A stretch of 64,000 nt of DNA from Patescibacteria group bacterium UBA6241 (lineage in GTDB: Bacteria; Patescibacteriota; Minisyncoccia; Phycocordibacterales; Phycocordibacteraceae): assembly GCA_002441425.1 (NCBI GenBank), contig DJWB01000001.1:224602-288601 (forward strand), given 5' to 3'. Positions 36,457 through 44,958 of the stretch are shown in pieces; positions within the stretch are counted from its first letter, which is position 1; every line of letters begins with the position of its first letter. Under the pieces are notes generated by a model that saw only the letters and a program-made list of their open reading frames with translations, was not told the origin of the DNA and searched no databases. The position numbers and the translations under genes were made by a program.

Positions 36457-39191
36457 GCAGGAAGTATACGTGATTTAGTCTCAGGGCGAATAAAGAACAC
36501 CCACTTCGCAAGCTCTATAGTTGCTAGGTTAATGAGACCAAAGCCAAAGAGAATTGCGAGCTGCAGCAGAGTAGGTTCCGTAACATGAACCAGAACCTGT
36601 AGGAATGGAATATACAGTGCTCCGAAGAGGAATGCGGTACTTCCAAGGAGCGCAAGCAGCAAGAAGCGGTTAGAAAGCAGAGGCAACTTCCAAAGCGGAG
36701 TTCCAAGGCTCTTCATTGAGAATGCCATGAAGATACAGTTCACAGACACAGCAACGAACATAAGTGTCTGAATTTCATCTAGTGGGAGCCCGAGGTTCAA
36801 GAGGAACAAGTAGATTCCAATAAGGATTGCTGCGGTGAGAGAACCAACCAGCACAATGAGCTTCATCAGTTTTGGTGAAAGCACGCGTGCTATCTCAGGG
36901 TCCTTTGGTTTGCGCTTCATTGCAGAAGGATACAGAGGCTCAAAGGCAAATGCGAAATTCATAAATCCTCCCTCAATAAGATTAGACCAGAGCACCTGTG
37001 TTGGCAGGATCGGAAGCGGGAGTCCCACTATAAGCGCAAATCCAATGAGGATAACCTCACTGAAGTTTGTAGAGAGCATATACGCAAAGATTTTCTTAAA
37101 GTTCTCACGCAACCTACGCCCCTCACGAATGGCCGCTGTAATAACTGAGAATCCGTTATCAAGCAGCACGAGGTCTGAAGCTTCCTTTGCAACATCTGTT
37201 CCAGAACCAACCGCTACTCCAATGGCTGCAGCGCGTAGTGCCGGTGCGTCATTAACTCCGTCTCCGGTCATAGCAACAACTTCGCCAGCATCTCGCAACA
37301 CATTCGCAATACGCAGTTTCTCAGCAGGGGCTACGCGTGAGAATACGGTGTGCGTGTTTAGAATCTCAAGCAATTCTGCATCTGAAAGTACTGAGAGCTC
37401 TGCTCCGGTATACGCACGCTCTCCCTCTTCTGCAATCCCTACTATCTTTGCTATAGCGAGTGCAGTTTCAGGGTTATCTCCCGTTAGCATGAGCACGCGC
37501 GCACCCGCGTCCTGCATGTCATGAATCGCTACTTTTGCTTCCTCGCGTATGACATCAGAAAATACAAGGAACCCAACCAACGCACCGGTACTCAGGTATC
37601 CTTGGAGATCCTTTTCTGCAGGGAATGCTCTAGCTGCACCCTCTACACGCGCAACACCAATAACACGCTTTCCATCTCTGGCAGCTGTCTCAAGTGCACG
37701 AAGGAAGTACGTGCGTGTTTTATCTGTTAGAGGCTCAGCATCTCCTGTAGCGCCAACAACTAAAGACGTACTAGAAAGCAGCAATTCAGGGGCACCCGTA
37801 ATATATGCAATTGGATTCTTCTCGTTCTGCACGAGCATTCCTCCAAATCTGCGAGAGGAGTCAAAGTGAAGCTCGTCTAGACGCGGGTACGCACTCAGAC
37901 ATGCTTGTTGAGAAATACCTGCCTTAAGTCCTGCGAGCACAATAGCCTGTTCAATAGGTCTTCCGTGCACTACAAGCTTCTCGTCTCCTTCTGCCTCAGG
38001 ACGCTCTTCAACATACGCATTTGAAGCAAGGACTGCTGCGGTGAGCAATCTCCTTGCTTCTCCTTCCTGCCCGCTCTCACTAATCTCGTGCATGCTTACG
38101 TATGACTCCAGGGTCATACGACCTTCGGTAAGAGTTCCTGTCTTATCTGTAAGAATAATACTTGTTGTTCCAAGCGTTTCTGCAGCAAGCAGGTTGCGGA
38201 CTAGTCCTCCTGATTTAAGGATCCGCTCCATACCGAGCGCAAGCACAACTGTCACTGCTGCAGGAAGTCCCTCAGGCACACTCGCCACAGCAAGCGCGAT
38301 TGCAGTGAAAAGAGTTTCCTCAAAAGGAAGTCCTCGTATAACACCGAGTGCAAAAATTCCTACCATAATGAACGCAACTGCAATCAGGATGAATCGCGCA
38401 ACCTGACGAATATCCTTCATGAGAGGCGTTACTGATTCATCTTTCTTCCCAAGTTCAACAGCAATTCGTCCAATCTCTGTATCTCCTCCGATAGCAACTA
38501 CAATTGCCCTTCCCGCACCAGACGCTACGAGTGTACCTGCGTACGCCATACCACTTCGCTCAACAAGTGGGGCTTCCTCAGCAGCTGCCTCTGTGTCTTT
38601 CTCAACGGCCAACCACTCGCCTGAGAGTGCTGATTCGTTAATAGTGAGACCATGTACTTCAATGAGACGCATGTCTGCAGGAACTGCGTTTCCAGCAGAA
38701 AGTACAACGACATCTCCAACAACGAGCTGTTCGGCAGGAATCTTTAGAGGCTCTCCATCTCTAAATACCACTGCATGTTGTGCTTCTCCCTTCTTTAGCG
38801 CTTCAAATGCTTTTGATGCTCTTCCCTCCTGCAGAAGTCCCATACCCACGTTCACCAGAAGTGCGATGGTAATCACAATTGCATCAGTGTAGTGCGCAAG
38901 AGATGCTGTAGCGATAACCGCAAGCACGAGCACTAACGTAATAGGACTCTTGAACTGCTGGAACAGTTTCATAAGCATGCCGTCCCGATCTGGAGTTGGC
39001 ATACTGTTTGGCCCTTTTTCCTTTAAACGGTCAATTGCTTCGCTTTTAGTGAGTCCCTTTTCACTACTTGTTCGTAGATGTTCCCCTACTTCTTTGATAG
39101 TACGTGCGTGCCAATGTTCTGAAATAAGCATAGATACGAGAAGTATACCAAGCCAATCACGGTATGGTAGGATTTTTCCATGACCATACAC
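36453..39191 (-). CDS. P-type cation-transporting ATPase (type II, Ca2+/Mg2+-like)
   Basis: Motifs DKTGTLT, MTGDGVNDAPAL, and an N-terminal cation-ATPase domain. The real start may be the internal Met at about 39131. Confidence 0.85.
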   Translation of the reverse strand: MYGHGKILPYRDWLGILLVSMLISEHWHARTIKEVGEHLRTSSEKGLTKSEAIDRLKEKGPNSMPTPDRDGMLMKLFQQFKSPITLVLVLAVIATASLAHYTDAIVITIALLVNVGMGLLQEGRASKAFEALKKGEAQHAVVFRDGEPLKIPAEQLVVGDVVVLSAGNAVPADMRLIEVHGLTINESALSGEWLAVEKDTEAAAEEAPLVERSGMAYAGTLVASGAGRAIVVAIGGDTEIGRIAVELGKKDESVTPLMKDIRQVARFILIAVAFIMVGIFALGVIRGLPFEETLFTAIALAVASVPEGLPAAVTVVLALGMERILKSGGLVRNLLAAETLGTTSIILTDKTGTLTEGRMTLESYVSMHEISESGQEGEARRLLTAAVLASNAYVEERPEAEGDEKLVVHGRPIEQAIVLAGLKAGISQQACLSAYPRLDELHFDSSRRFGGMLVQNEKNPIAYITGAPELLLSSTSLVVGATGDAEPLTDKTRTYFLRALETAARDGKRVIGVARVEGAARAFPAEKDLQGYLSTGALVGFLVFSDVIREEAKVAIHDMQDAGARVLMLTGDNPETALAIAKIVGIAEEGERAYTGAELSVLSDAELLEILNTHTVFSRVAPAEKLRIANVLRDAGEVVAMTGDGVNDAPALRAAAIGVAVGSGTDVAKEASDLVLLDNGFSVITAAIREGRRLRENFKKIFAYMLSTNFSEVILIGFALIVGLPLPILPTQVLWSNLIEGGFMNFAFAFEPLYPSAMKRKPKDPEIARVLSPKLMKLIVLVGSLTAAILIGIYLFLLNLGLPLDEIQTLMFVAVSVNCIFMAFSMKSLGTPLWKLPLLSNRFLLLALLGSTAFLFGALYIPFLQVLVHVTEPTLLQLAILFGFGLINLATIELAKWVFFIRPETKSRILPA

Positions 39192-39635
39192 CAGACTATT
39201 AAGGCAGGAATTCCTGATGCGTTGCGCGCTAGAGATGAGGTGCGCCTGCGTACACTTCGTTCTCTTGCTACTGCTATGACTAATGAAGTGGTGAGCAAAA
39301 AGCGTAAGCCAGATGAGTTTTTAACTGATGAGGAGGCTCTTGTAGTCCTTAAACGAGCAGCGAACCAGCGCAAAGATTCAATTGAGCAGTTTACGGCCGC
39401 AGGTCGCACAGAACTTGCTGAGCCTGAGATTGCAGAGCTTGCTGTTATTGAGACTTTTCTTCCTGAGCTTATGAGCAAGGAGGAGATTCGCGCAATTGCT
39501 ACTGAAAAGCTCACCGCTATGGATATTACAGAGAAAAAAGATGCAGGCCGCTTCATGGGATCCTTGATGCAGGAACTAAAAGGCAAAGCTGATGGAGGAG
39601 ATGTGAAAGAAGTGGTGGACTCTCTTTTGAGCTAG
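39180..39635 (+). CDS. yqeY: GatB/YqeY-domain protein
   Basis: 151 aa with the typical YqeY helical pattern. Confidence 0.7.
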   Translation: MTIHQTIKAGIPDALRARDEVRLRTLRSLATAMTNEVVSKKRKPDEFLTDEEALVVLKRAANQRKDSIEQFTAAGRTELAEPEIAELAVIETFLPELMSKEEIRAIATEKLTAMDITEKKDAGRFMGSLMQELKGKADGGDVKEVVDSLLS

Positions 39636-39717
39636 TGGTAGCATTGCGCCGGACCCAGAACAAAGAATTCTGGGACAGTGATGGTCGGGTGTCTCCACTT
39701 TTTTATGGAGCACACTT

Positions 39718-40053
39718 TTGACTGACGCATACGTTATTTACCCCGAGCTCTGGGAAGTGAATGAAGGAGCCAAACTAGTGGTCCGCATCTTCCCGAGCGG
39801 AATCCGCAAGATCCGGAAGGATCCGAAGGCTTTCGCATATGGGCTGCTGCGCGCGCAGCTTGAGCTTGGACAGCGCTTTGTCGTCTCATATACAGAGGGT
39901 GTCTTCTTGATTGAAGGCTATGTATGTTCCGCAGTTCGCGGGATAGACATATGGGCGGAAGCTAACACCTTCCTCTGCCTGCTGGATATGTGCACTGGCC
40001 TTACGCTCAGTCCGATTTCTGAGCGCCGGTTCTACAGACGTAAAGCCGCCTAG
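39718..40053 (+). CDS. Hypothetical protein (111 aa) on GC-rich cassette, TTG start
   Basis: GC3-rich codons. Followed by a classic terminator (aacgcacc-tctcttct-ggtgcgtttt). Confidence 0.4.
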   Translation: MTDAYVIYPELWEVNEGAKLVVRIFPSGIRKIRKDPKAFAYGLLRAQLELGQRFVVSYTEGVFLIEGYVCSAVRGIDIWAEANTFLCLLDMCTGLTLSPISERRFYRRKAA

Positions 40054-40105
40054 TCAAACGCACCTCTCTTCTGGTGCGTTTTCTTTTTATCTATAGGATG
40101 AGTGT

Positions 40106-40918
40106 ATGAAGAAGTATGTGGTTATAGAGAAGCCTGTGGGGCAAACTCCTCTGGAGGCCATCCGTGTATATCAGGAGCAGCATCAAGAATATACAGATAT
40201 TCCAATGAGTTATGCGGGCAGACTTGACCCAATGGCTTCGGGAAAGCTTTTAGTACTTATAGGAGAAGAGTGCAAAAGGCAGAAGAAGTATCACGGATTG
40301 GATAAGGAGTATGTAATTGAAGTCGTGCTTGATATCGGAACTGATACCGGAGATGTATTGGGTATGGCAACTCATACAGAGACCAGCTCAAGACCAACAG
40401 AAGGAGAGCTTAAGGATGCACTTTCAAAAGTAACGGGAATTGCTGAAGTTCCCTATCCCGCCTTCTCCTCAAAGACTGTTAATGGGAAGCCATTGTTTCT
40501 ATACTCCCTTGAGGGAAATTTGGATTCAATAGAGATTCCCACACATACAGAGGAAGTTTTCTCAATCACCCCTTTGAAATCTGAATCGGTACCAAGCTCT
40601 GTTCTTCAGAAGCGCATTTCTGAAACTCTGTCCCTTGTTCCTCGTTCAACTGAGCCCTCTAAAGAATTGGGTGCAGACTTTAGACAGGATGCCGTCCGAG
40701 AATCATGGAGGGAGCTTTTCACTGCATATCCAGACAGGACATACTGCGTGTATACGCTTCGCGTTGCGTGTGGATCTGGCACTTACATGCGTACGCTTGC
40801 TGGACGCATTGCACACGTACTTGGAACCAAAGGCTGTGCCCTGTCCATACATCGCACCAAGATTGGGAAAAGAATATCTGTAGCTGGGATTCCTCTTTGG
40901 ATACGGAAGTATACATAA
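40106..40918 (+). CDS. truB: tRNA pseudouridine-55 synthase
   Basis: Catalytic Asp motif YAGRLDPMASGKLLVL. Confidence 0.85.
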   Translation: MKKYVVIEKPVGQTPLEAIRVYQEQHQEYTDIPMSYAGRLDPMASGKLLVLIGEECKRQKKYHGLDKEYVIEVVLDIGTDTGDVLGMATHTETSSRPTEGELKDALSKVTGIAEVPYPAFSSKTVNGKPLFLYSLEGNLDSIEIPTHTEEVFSITPLKSESVPSSVLQKRISETLSLVPRSTEPSKELGADFRQDAVRESWRELFTAYPDRTYCVYTLRVACGSGTYMRTLAGRIAHVLGTKGCALSIHRTKIGKRISVAGIPLWIRKYT

Positions 40919-40922
40919 CGTG

Positions 40923-40950
40923 AAAAAGCGCCACAGGGCGCTTTTTCTTT
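40923..40950 (+). terminator. truB hairpin terminator (agcgcc-acag-ggcgcttttt)
   Basis: Read from the sequence. Confidence 0.6.
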
Positions 40951-40951
40951 G

Positions 40952-41111
40952 GTGAGGAATTACTTACCCTCGCGCGAATCTACTTCGAGAATATTTAGCC
41001 CTCTCACGCCTCGCGGACTCGCGCTCGGGGTTGAATGCATATCTGATTTCTGAATTTAGGAGGGGGGTATGAAAAATGCATTCGGGAAATAAACAGCCCG
41101 GGGCTGTTTGG
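40952..41111. repeat. IR1 left copy (about 160 bp)
   Basis: About 90% identical to the reverse complement of 42982-43158. Begins with gtgagga. Confidence 0.85.
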
Positions 41112-41201
41112 TATTAAGAAAATGTCGCGAGCGCGGCTGGTATTCTGAGGAGAGGATATGAAGCAAAAATCTATGTATCGTGAGGAGTTTTATGAAGAAC
41201 T

Positions 41202-42944
41202 ATGATATATACTTCCTATATCGCCTTAGCTTCACGGAATTCAACCATGTCAAATTTTAACGGTGCTCCGAGACAGTCTGATCCTCTGAAACAGGAGCAG
41301 TTCAATTCTGCGGAAGACAGCGCTTTCGACCAGGCGCGTGAACGCGTCCTTGCGAGAAATAGAGACTTTGTAGAAACCGACAAAAACAGAGAGGAATCAT
41401 TCTCTGCACCTCGAACCGTTCAGGAAGAGCAGGATGATATAGAATGGAAAAATTTGCTCCTAAACACCGAAGCTACACTCGGGAGCATTGGTAACCCAGA
41501 CCAACGTAAGTTACTACAAGCAAACCCTGTTATGGCAAATGATGCTACGTATTTCTTAGCATCACAGACTTCGAGCTGGATAGATAGTAGGCATCTTGCC
41601 AAGAATATTCCTGACGATGTTCAGGAAGTGTGGAGGAGTGCGGAAAAGGATGACCGAAAACTTTTTGTTGAGACCGGTAAGCGCCTTTATCCTGAAGTGG
41701 AGCTTTCGTCTAACAATGTTGATACGATTTTTGGAACCCTTAAGAACGATGCCATGAAGTTCAGTAGCAAGGAACTAAAAGATTGGCTTCAAGATTTTCC
41801 TGTGCATGGAGCTGCCAACAGTTCCATGAATGGAAGTCCTGATAAGTTCCTAAGTCAGGTTGAATCCTTTATTCAAAGAGGAGCGGACAGTATCGGGAGA
41901 GCACGCAAGAGCAGTGACCCTGTTACATCAATGGAAATCGCAGCCGTTGGAAAAGGTCTATACGCGCTCGAACTACTCAGACAAGATCTGGAGCAACGCG
42001 TCCAAGAGAGAAAGGAGCCAAAAATTCAACATGGTGCTCTTAATACTGATGAAGAACTTCGTCGCAAAGCTGCGGAGCTCAGTAAATTAAATATTAGTGG
42101 AGAAATGAGCGCAGACACCAAGGCAAAACTTGAGGCTCACAGAGCAAAAATGGGGCTGTCTGTTTCTCCCGAAGTGCAACAAGGAATTCCAGTTTCTGAG
42201 GTAGACCCAGTTCGACCAGAAGCTACCTCTGAAGAGCATCCAAACACCCCGCAAACGCCAGGAGAAAAATTCTTTGCAGCGAAGGAAGCGGAACTCAAGG
42301 GAAACATCCAGAGCTTCTTTGAAGAGGAGAACGCGGAGTTCTCAAAAGTAGAGGTAAGCGGTCCTGCTTTTGTTGAGAATCCTGAAAAGCTTGAGATGAA
42401 GAAGGATTCGCTTCAGAGGGCTGAAGCACTCGTAAAAAGACTTCTCGATCCTAAATCTGCTGAAGACATCCGGGACAACTGGTTGGAGAATATAGACGAG
42501 ACAAATAATCTTTCGCAGTTTTTTACTAATGCGCTGACAAAAGAGATTCAGGGCAGCAGAACTGCGCCAAAGGAAGGAGGCAGTAGGAATATTGCCAGCT
42601 CTCTATTTAAGGAAATCATTCACAAGCGCCTGTATCCTTACCTGTCACCGTTGCCGCCTGCAGCTACCCTAAGTTCCAGAGGATTCGAACAGTTTAAAAA
42701 CCCCGCTCTTAAATACTGGGGAGAATCACTTACTAATGATGGTTTGACGGTTAACGAACCGGAAGCCCTGTTAGAAAAACTTGAAAGTGCGATTACTCAC
42801 GCCGCAAGTCAATTAGAGCTCGCACAGAGCGATACAGTGAATCCTCCTACCTCACTGGAATTAAGAATGGTTGGAGAACGCATTTTAGGCATAGAGCTAC
42901 TTAGAAGTGCCATAAAACAAAAACTTGAGCTTAGGAATCAGTAA
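41202..42944 (+). CDS. Large acidic hydrophilic protein of unknown function (580 aa), cargo bracketed by IR1
   Basis: Long ORF with no TM segment and no recognisable catalytic motif. Glu/Lys-rich helical character. The alternative start is Met16. Confidence 0.5.
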   Translation: MIYTSYIALASRNSTMSNFNGAPRQSDPLKQEQFNSAEDSAFDQARERVLARNRDFVETDKNREESFSAPRTVQEEQDDIEWKNLLLNTEATLGSIGNPDQRKLLQANPVMANDATYFLASQTSSWIDSRHLAKNIPDDVQEVWRSAEKDDRKLFVETGKRLYPEVELSSNNVDTIFGTLKNDAMKFSSKELKDWLQDFPVHGAANSSMNGSPDKFLSQVESFIQRGADSIGRARKSSDPVTSMEIAAVGKGLYALELLRQDLEQRVQERKEPKIQHGALNTDEELRRKAAELSKLNISGEMSADTKAKLEAHRAKMGLSVSPEVQQGIPVSEVDPVRPEATSEEHPNTPQTPGEKFFAAKEAELKGNIQSFFEEENAEFSKVEVSGPAFVENPEKLEMKKDSLQRAEALVKRLLDPKSAEDIRDNWLENIDETNNLSQFFTNALTKEIQGSRTAPKEGGSRNIASSLFKEIIHKRLYPYLSPLPPAATLSSRGFEQFKNPALKYWGESLTNDGLTVNEPEALLEKLESAITHAASQLELAQSDTVNPPTSLELRMVGERILGIELLRSAIKQKLELRNQ

Positions 42945-42981
42945 ATCGAACCTTCCATTCAAAACTATAAGGTGGGAATTT

Positions 42982-43158
42982 TCCACAAAGCAGCCCGAGA
43001 CATTGTCTCGGGCTGCTTTGTTCCCGAATGCATTTTTTCATACCCCCCTCCTAAATTCAGAAATCAGATATGCATTCAACCCCGAGCGCGAGTCCGCGAG
43101 GCGCGAGAGGGCTAAGTATTCTCGAAATGGGTTCGCGCGAGGGTTAGGAGTTCCTCAC
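42982..43158. repeat. IR1 right copy (inverted), includes an extra 12-bp-stem palindrome
   Basis: Hand alignment to 40952-41111 in reverse complement. Confidence 0.85.
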
Positions 43159-43283
43159 AAAAAGATACTTCCTCGGAAGATAGTTCGGAATACAATCCCG
43201 CCCATGGCGGGATTGTATTCATTTTCGCGCGCAGACGCGCGGCATTCTCAGACGGCGGGGATACTCTGAAATGCATGGATTTG
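43155..43283. repeat. IR2 left copy (129 bp) containing a 33-bp perfect palindrome (43188-43220) and a GC palindrome (43226-43241)
   Basis: Identical to the reverse complement of 44719-44847. Confidence 0.9.
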
Positions 43284-43330
43284 CACTTCTCTTTCGAGCC
43301 ATACCGTCGCAAGTGATACCATGCAAAGAT

Positions 43331-44875
43331 ATGGCACCGAGATATTTTCTCTACGCGCGCAAAAGTACCGAGCCGGACGACAAGCAAGCGATGAGTATTC
43401 CGGCGCAGCTCGTTGAGTTGCGAGAGTTCGCGCGGAGAGAAAACCTGAATATTGTCAGTGAGTACACTGAATCAAAAAGCGCAAAGACACCGGGACGCGA
43501 TGTGTTTGGCGATATGATGATGCGTCTTGAGCGCGACGAAGCCAACGGAATAATCGCGTGGCATCCCGATAGGTTGGCGAGAAACAGCATTGACGGTGGG
43601 CGCATCATATACGCCGTAGACACGGGCAAGATCGTGTCGTTGCGCTTTCCGACATTCTGGTTTGAACCCACGCCACAGGGTCTATTTATGCTTCAGGTGG
43701 CGTTCGGGCAGTCCAAGTACTATTCAGATAACCTCGGCGAGAACACGAGGCGTGGGATGCGGCAGAAACTGCGTAGAGGCGAGTGGCTCACAAAAGCGCC
43801 GTTCGGGTATACCAACAACCCTAAAACCCGCAATATCGAGCCGGACGCGGTAAAAGCAAAAATCATCGTTCGCGCTTTTGACGAGTACGCAACCGGAAAA
43901 TATACGCTCGTTTCCATGGCGCAGTTTCTCCAAGACCTCGGCATCACGACCAAAGCCGGAACACAGCTCGGCAAAGCGTCCATAAAGCGCATTTTGACGA
44001 ATCGTGCATACCTCGGCTTTACGAAACACCTCGGCGAATTCTTTCCCGGCTCGTTCGCTTCGATTATCACTTCAACGCAGTTTGAAGCGGTGCAAAATAT
44101 CCTCGCAAAACGCGAGCATCGCTACAAACGCCGTCAAAGGAACGATTTCCCGTTTACCAATCTTTTTCGCTGCACTGAGTGTACGTCTATGTACACGGCG
44201 CAATGGACAACTGGAAAATCTGGCGGACGCTATCGCTACTACCGTTGCACGAAAAAGAAAGGAAACTGCACATCAGGCTATGTGCGCGAGGATATATTGC
44301 TCGCGCAAATTCAAGAGCGGATCGAAAGCATCTCGCTTCGCGATAGGCATACGGGCTGGATGTTGAACAAGGTGGACGAGTGGGAGCGCAAAGAAAATAG
44401 TTCCAACGGGAGCGAGATACAAAATCTTTCTTCCAAGATATCAGCGAGCGAAGAGCGCATGGACAAACTGGTTTCCGCATACCTGGACGGCGATATCCCC
44501 AAGCCAATCTATTTGAAGCGGAAAGACGAAATTATGCGCGCTCTCGCCTCGCTGAACGAAGAAAAGAAAGATTTCGAGAACGGAAAGAAAAAGTGGGTCG
44601 AACCCTTGCGTGCGTGGGTTCTAGACACCAAACAAGCCATGGAATTGAGTTCGTCCGACAACTTGCACGAAATCTCCGCTTTCGTCAGGAAGGTCGGAAC
44701 GAACCCCCGTATTGAATACAAATCCATGCATTTCAGAGTATCCCCGCCGTCTGAGAATGCCGCGCGTCTGCGCGCGAAAATGAATACAATCCCGCCATGG
44801 GCGGGATTGTATTCCGAACTATCTTCCGAGGAAGTATCTTTTTGTGACCTCACGGGGAATCGAACCCCGATTTGA
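43331..44875 (+). CDS. Large serine recombinase (resolvase catalytic domain + recombinase domain + zinc ribbon + coiled coil)
   Basis: N-terminal YFLYARKSTEPDD...SIPAQ catalytic Ser region, Cys cluster CTECT...YRCTKKKGNC, and a coiled-coil tail. The ATG at 43331 is internal to the tool ORF. The ORF reads through IR2 and 30 nt into tRNA-Glu before its first stop, so the true C-terminus is uncertain. Confidence 0.8.
   Translation: MAPRYFLYARKSTEPDDKQAMSIPAQLVELREFARRENLNIVSEYTESKSAKTPGRDVFGDMMMRLERDEANGIIAWHPDRLARNSIDGGRIIYAVDTGKIVSLRFPTFWFEPTPQGLFMLQVAFGQSKYYSDNLGENTRRGMRQKLRRGEWLTKAPFGYTNNPKTRNIEPDAVKAKIIVRAFDEYATGKYTLVSMAQFLQDLGITTKAGTQLGKASIKRILTNRAYLGFTKHLGEFFPGSFASIITSTQFEAVQNILAKREHRYKRRQRNDFPFTNLFRCTECTSMYTAQWTTGKSGGRYRYYRCTKKKGNCTSGYVREDILLAQIQERIESISLRDRHTGWMLNKVDEWERKENSSNGSEIQNLSSKISASEERMDKLVSAYLDGDIPKPIYLKRKDEIMRALASLNEEKKDFENGKKKWVEPLRAWVLDTKQAMELSSSDNLHEISAFVRKVGTNPRIEYKSMHFRVSPPSENAARLRAKMNTIPPWAGLYSELSSEEVSFCDLTGNRTPI
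44719..44847. repeat. IR2 right copy (inverted); its last 3 nt overlap the tRNA-Glu 3' end
   Basis: 129/129 identity to 43155-43283 in reverse complement. The palindrome sits at 44782-44814. Confidence 0.9.
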
Positions 44876-44916
44876 TCCGTGAGAGGGATCTGTCCTAACC
44901 GTTAGACGATGAGGCC
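44845..44916 (-). tRNA. tRNA-Glu (anticodon CTC), no encoded CCA
   Basis: Hand-built cloverleaf: acceptor ggcctca/tgaggtc, D-arm identical in layout to E. coli tRNA-Glu, anticodon loop ctCTCac, T-loop ttcgatt. Confidence 0.85.
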
Positions 44917-44958
44917 GTATGGCCATTTATACCAGAATCAGGTGCCGTACGCTAGGGT

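Noticed and set aside
36835-38892. Several 120-230 aa plus-strand ORFs inside the P-type ATPase gene
   Set aside because: Ser/Ala/Arg-rich antisense frames of a conserved, motif-bearing minus-strand gene.
43112-43387. 91-aa minus-strand ORF sharing the peptide KSMHFRVSPPSENAARLRAKMNTIPPWAGLYSELSSEEVSFC with the recombinase C-terminus
   Set aside because: It is the mirror image of the IR2 repeat read on the other strand, an artefact of the inverted repeat and not an independent gene.
40952-44916. Interpretation as a prophage or CRISPR-associated locus
   Set aside because: No phage structural or replication genes, no repeat-spacer array. There is only a recombinase, one cargo ORF and the inverted repeats.
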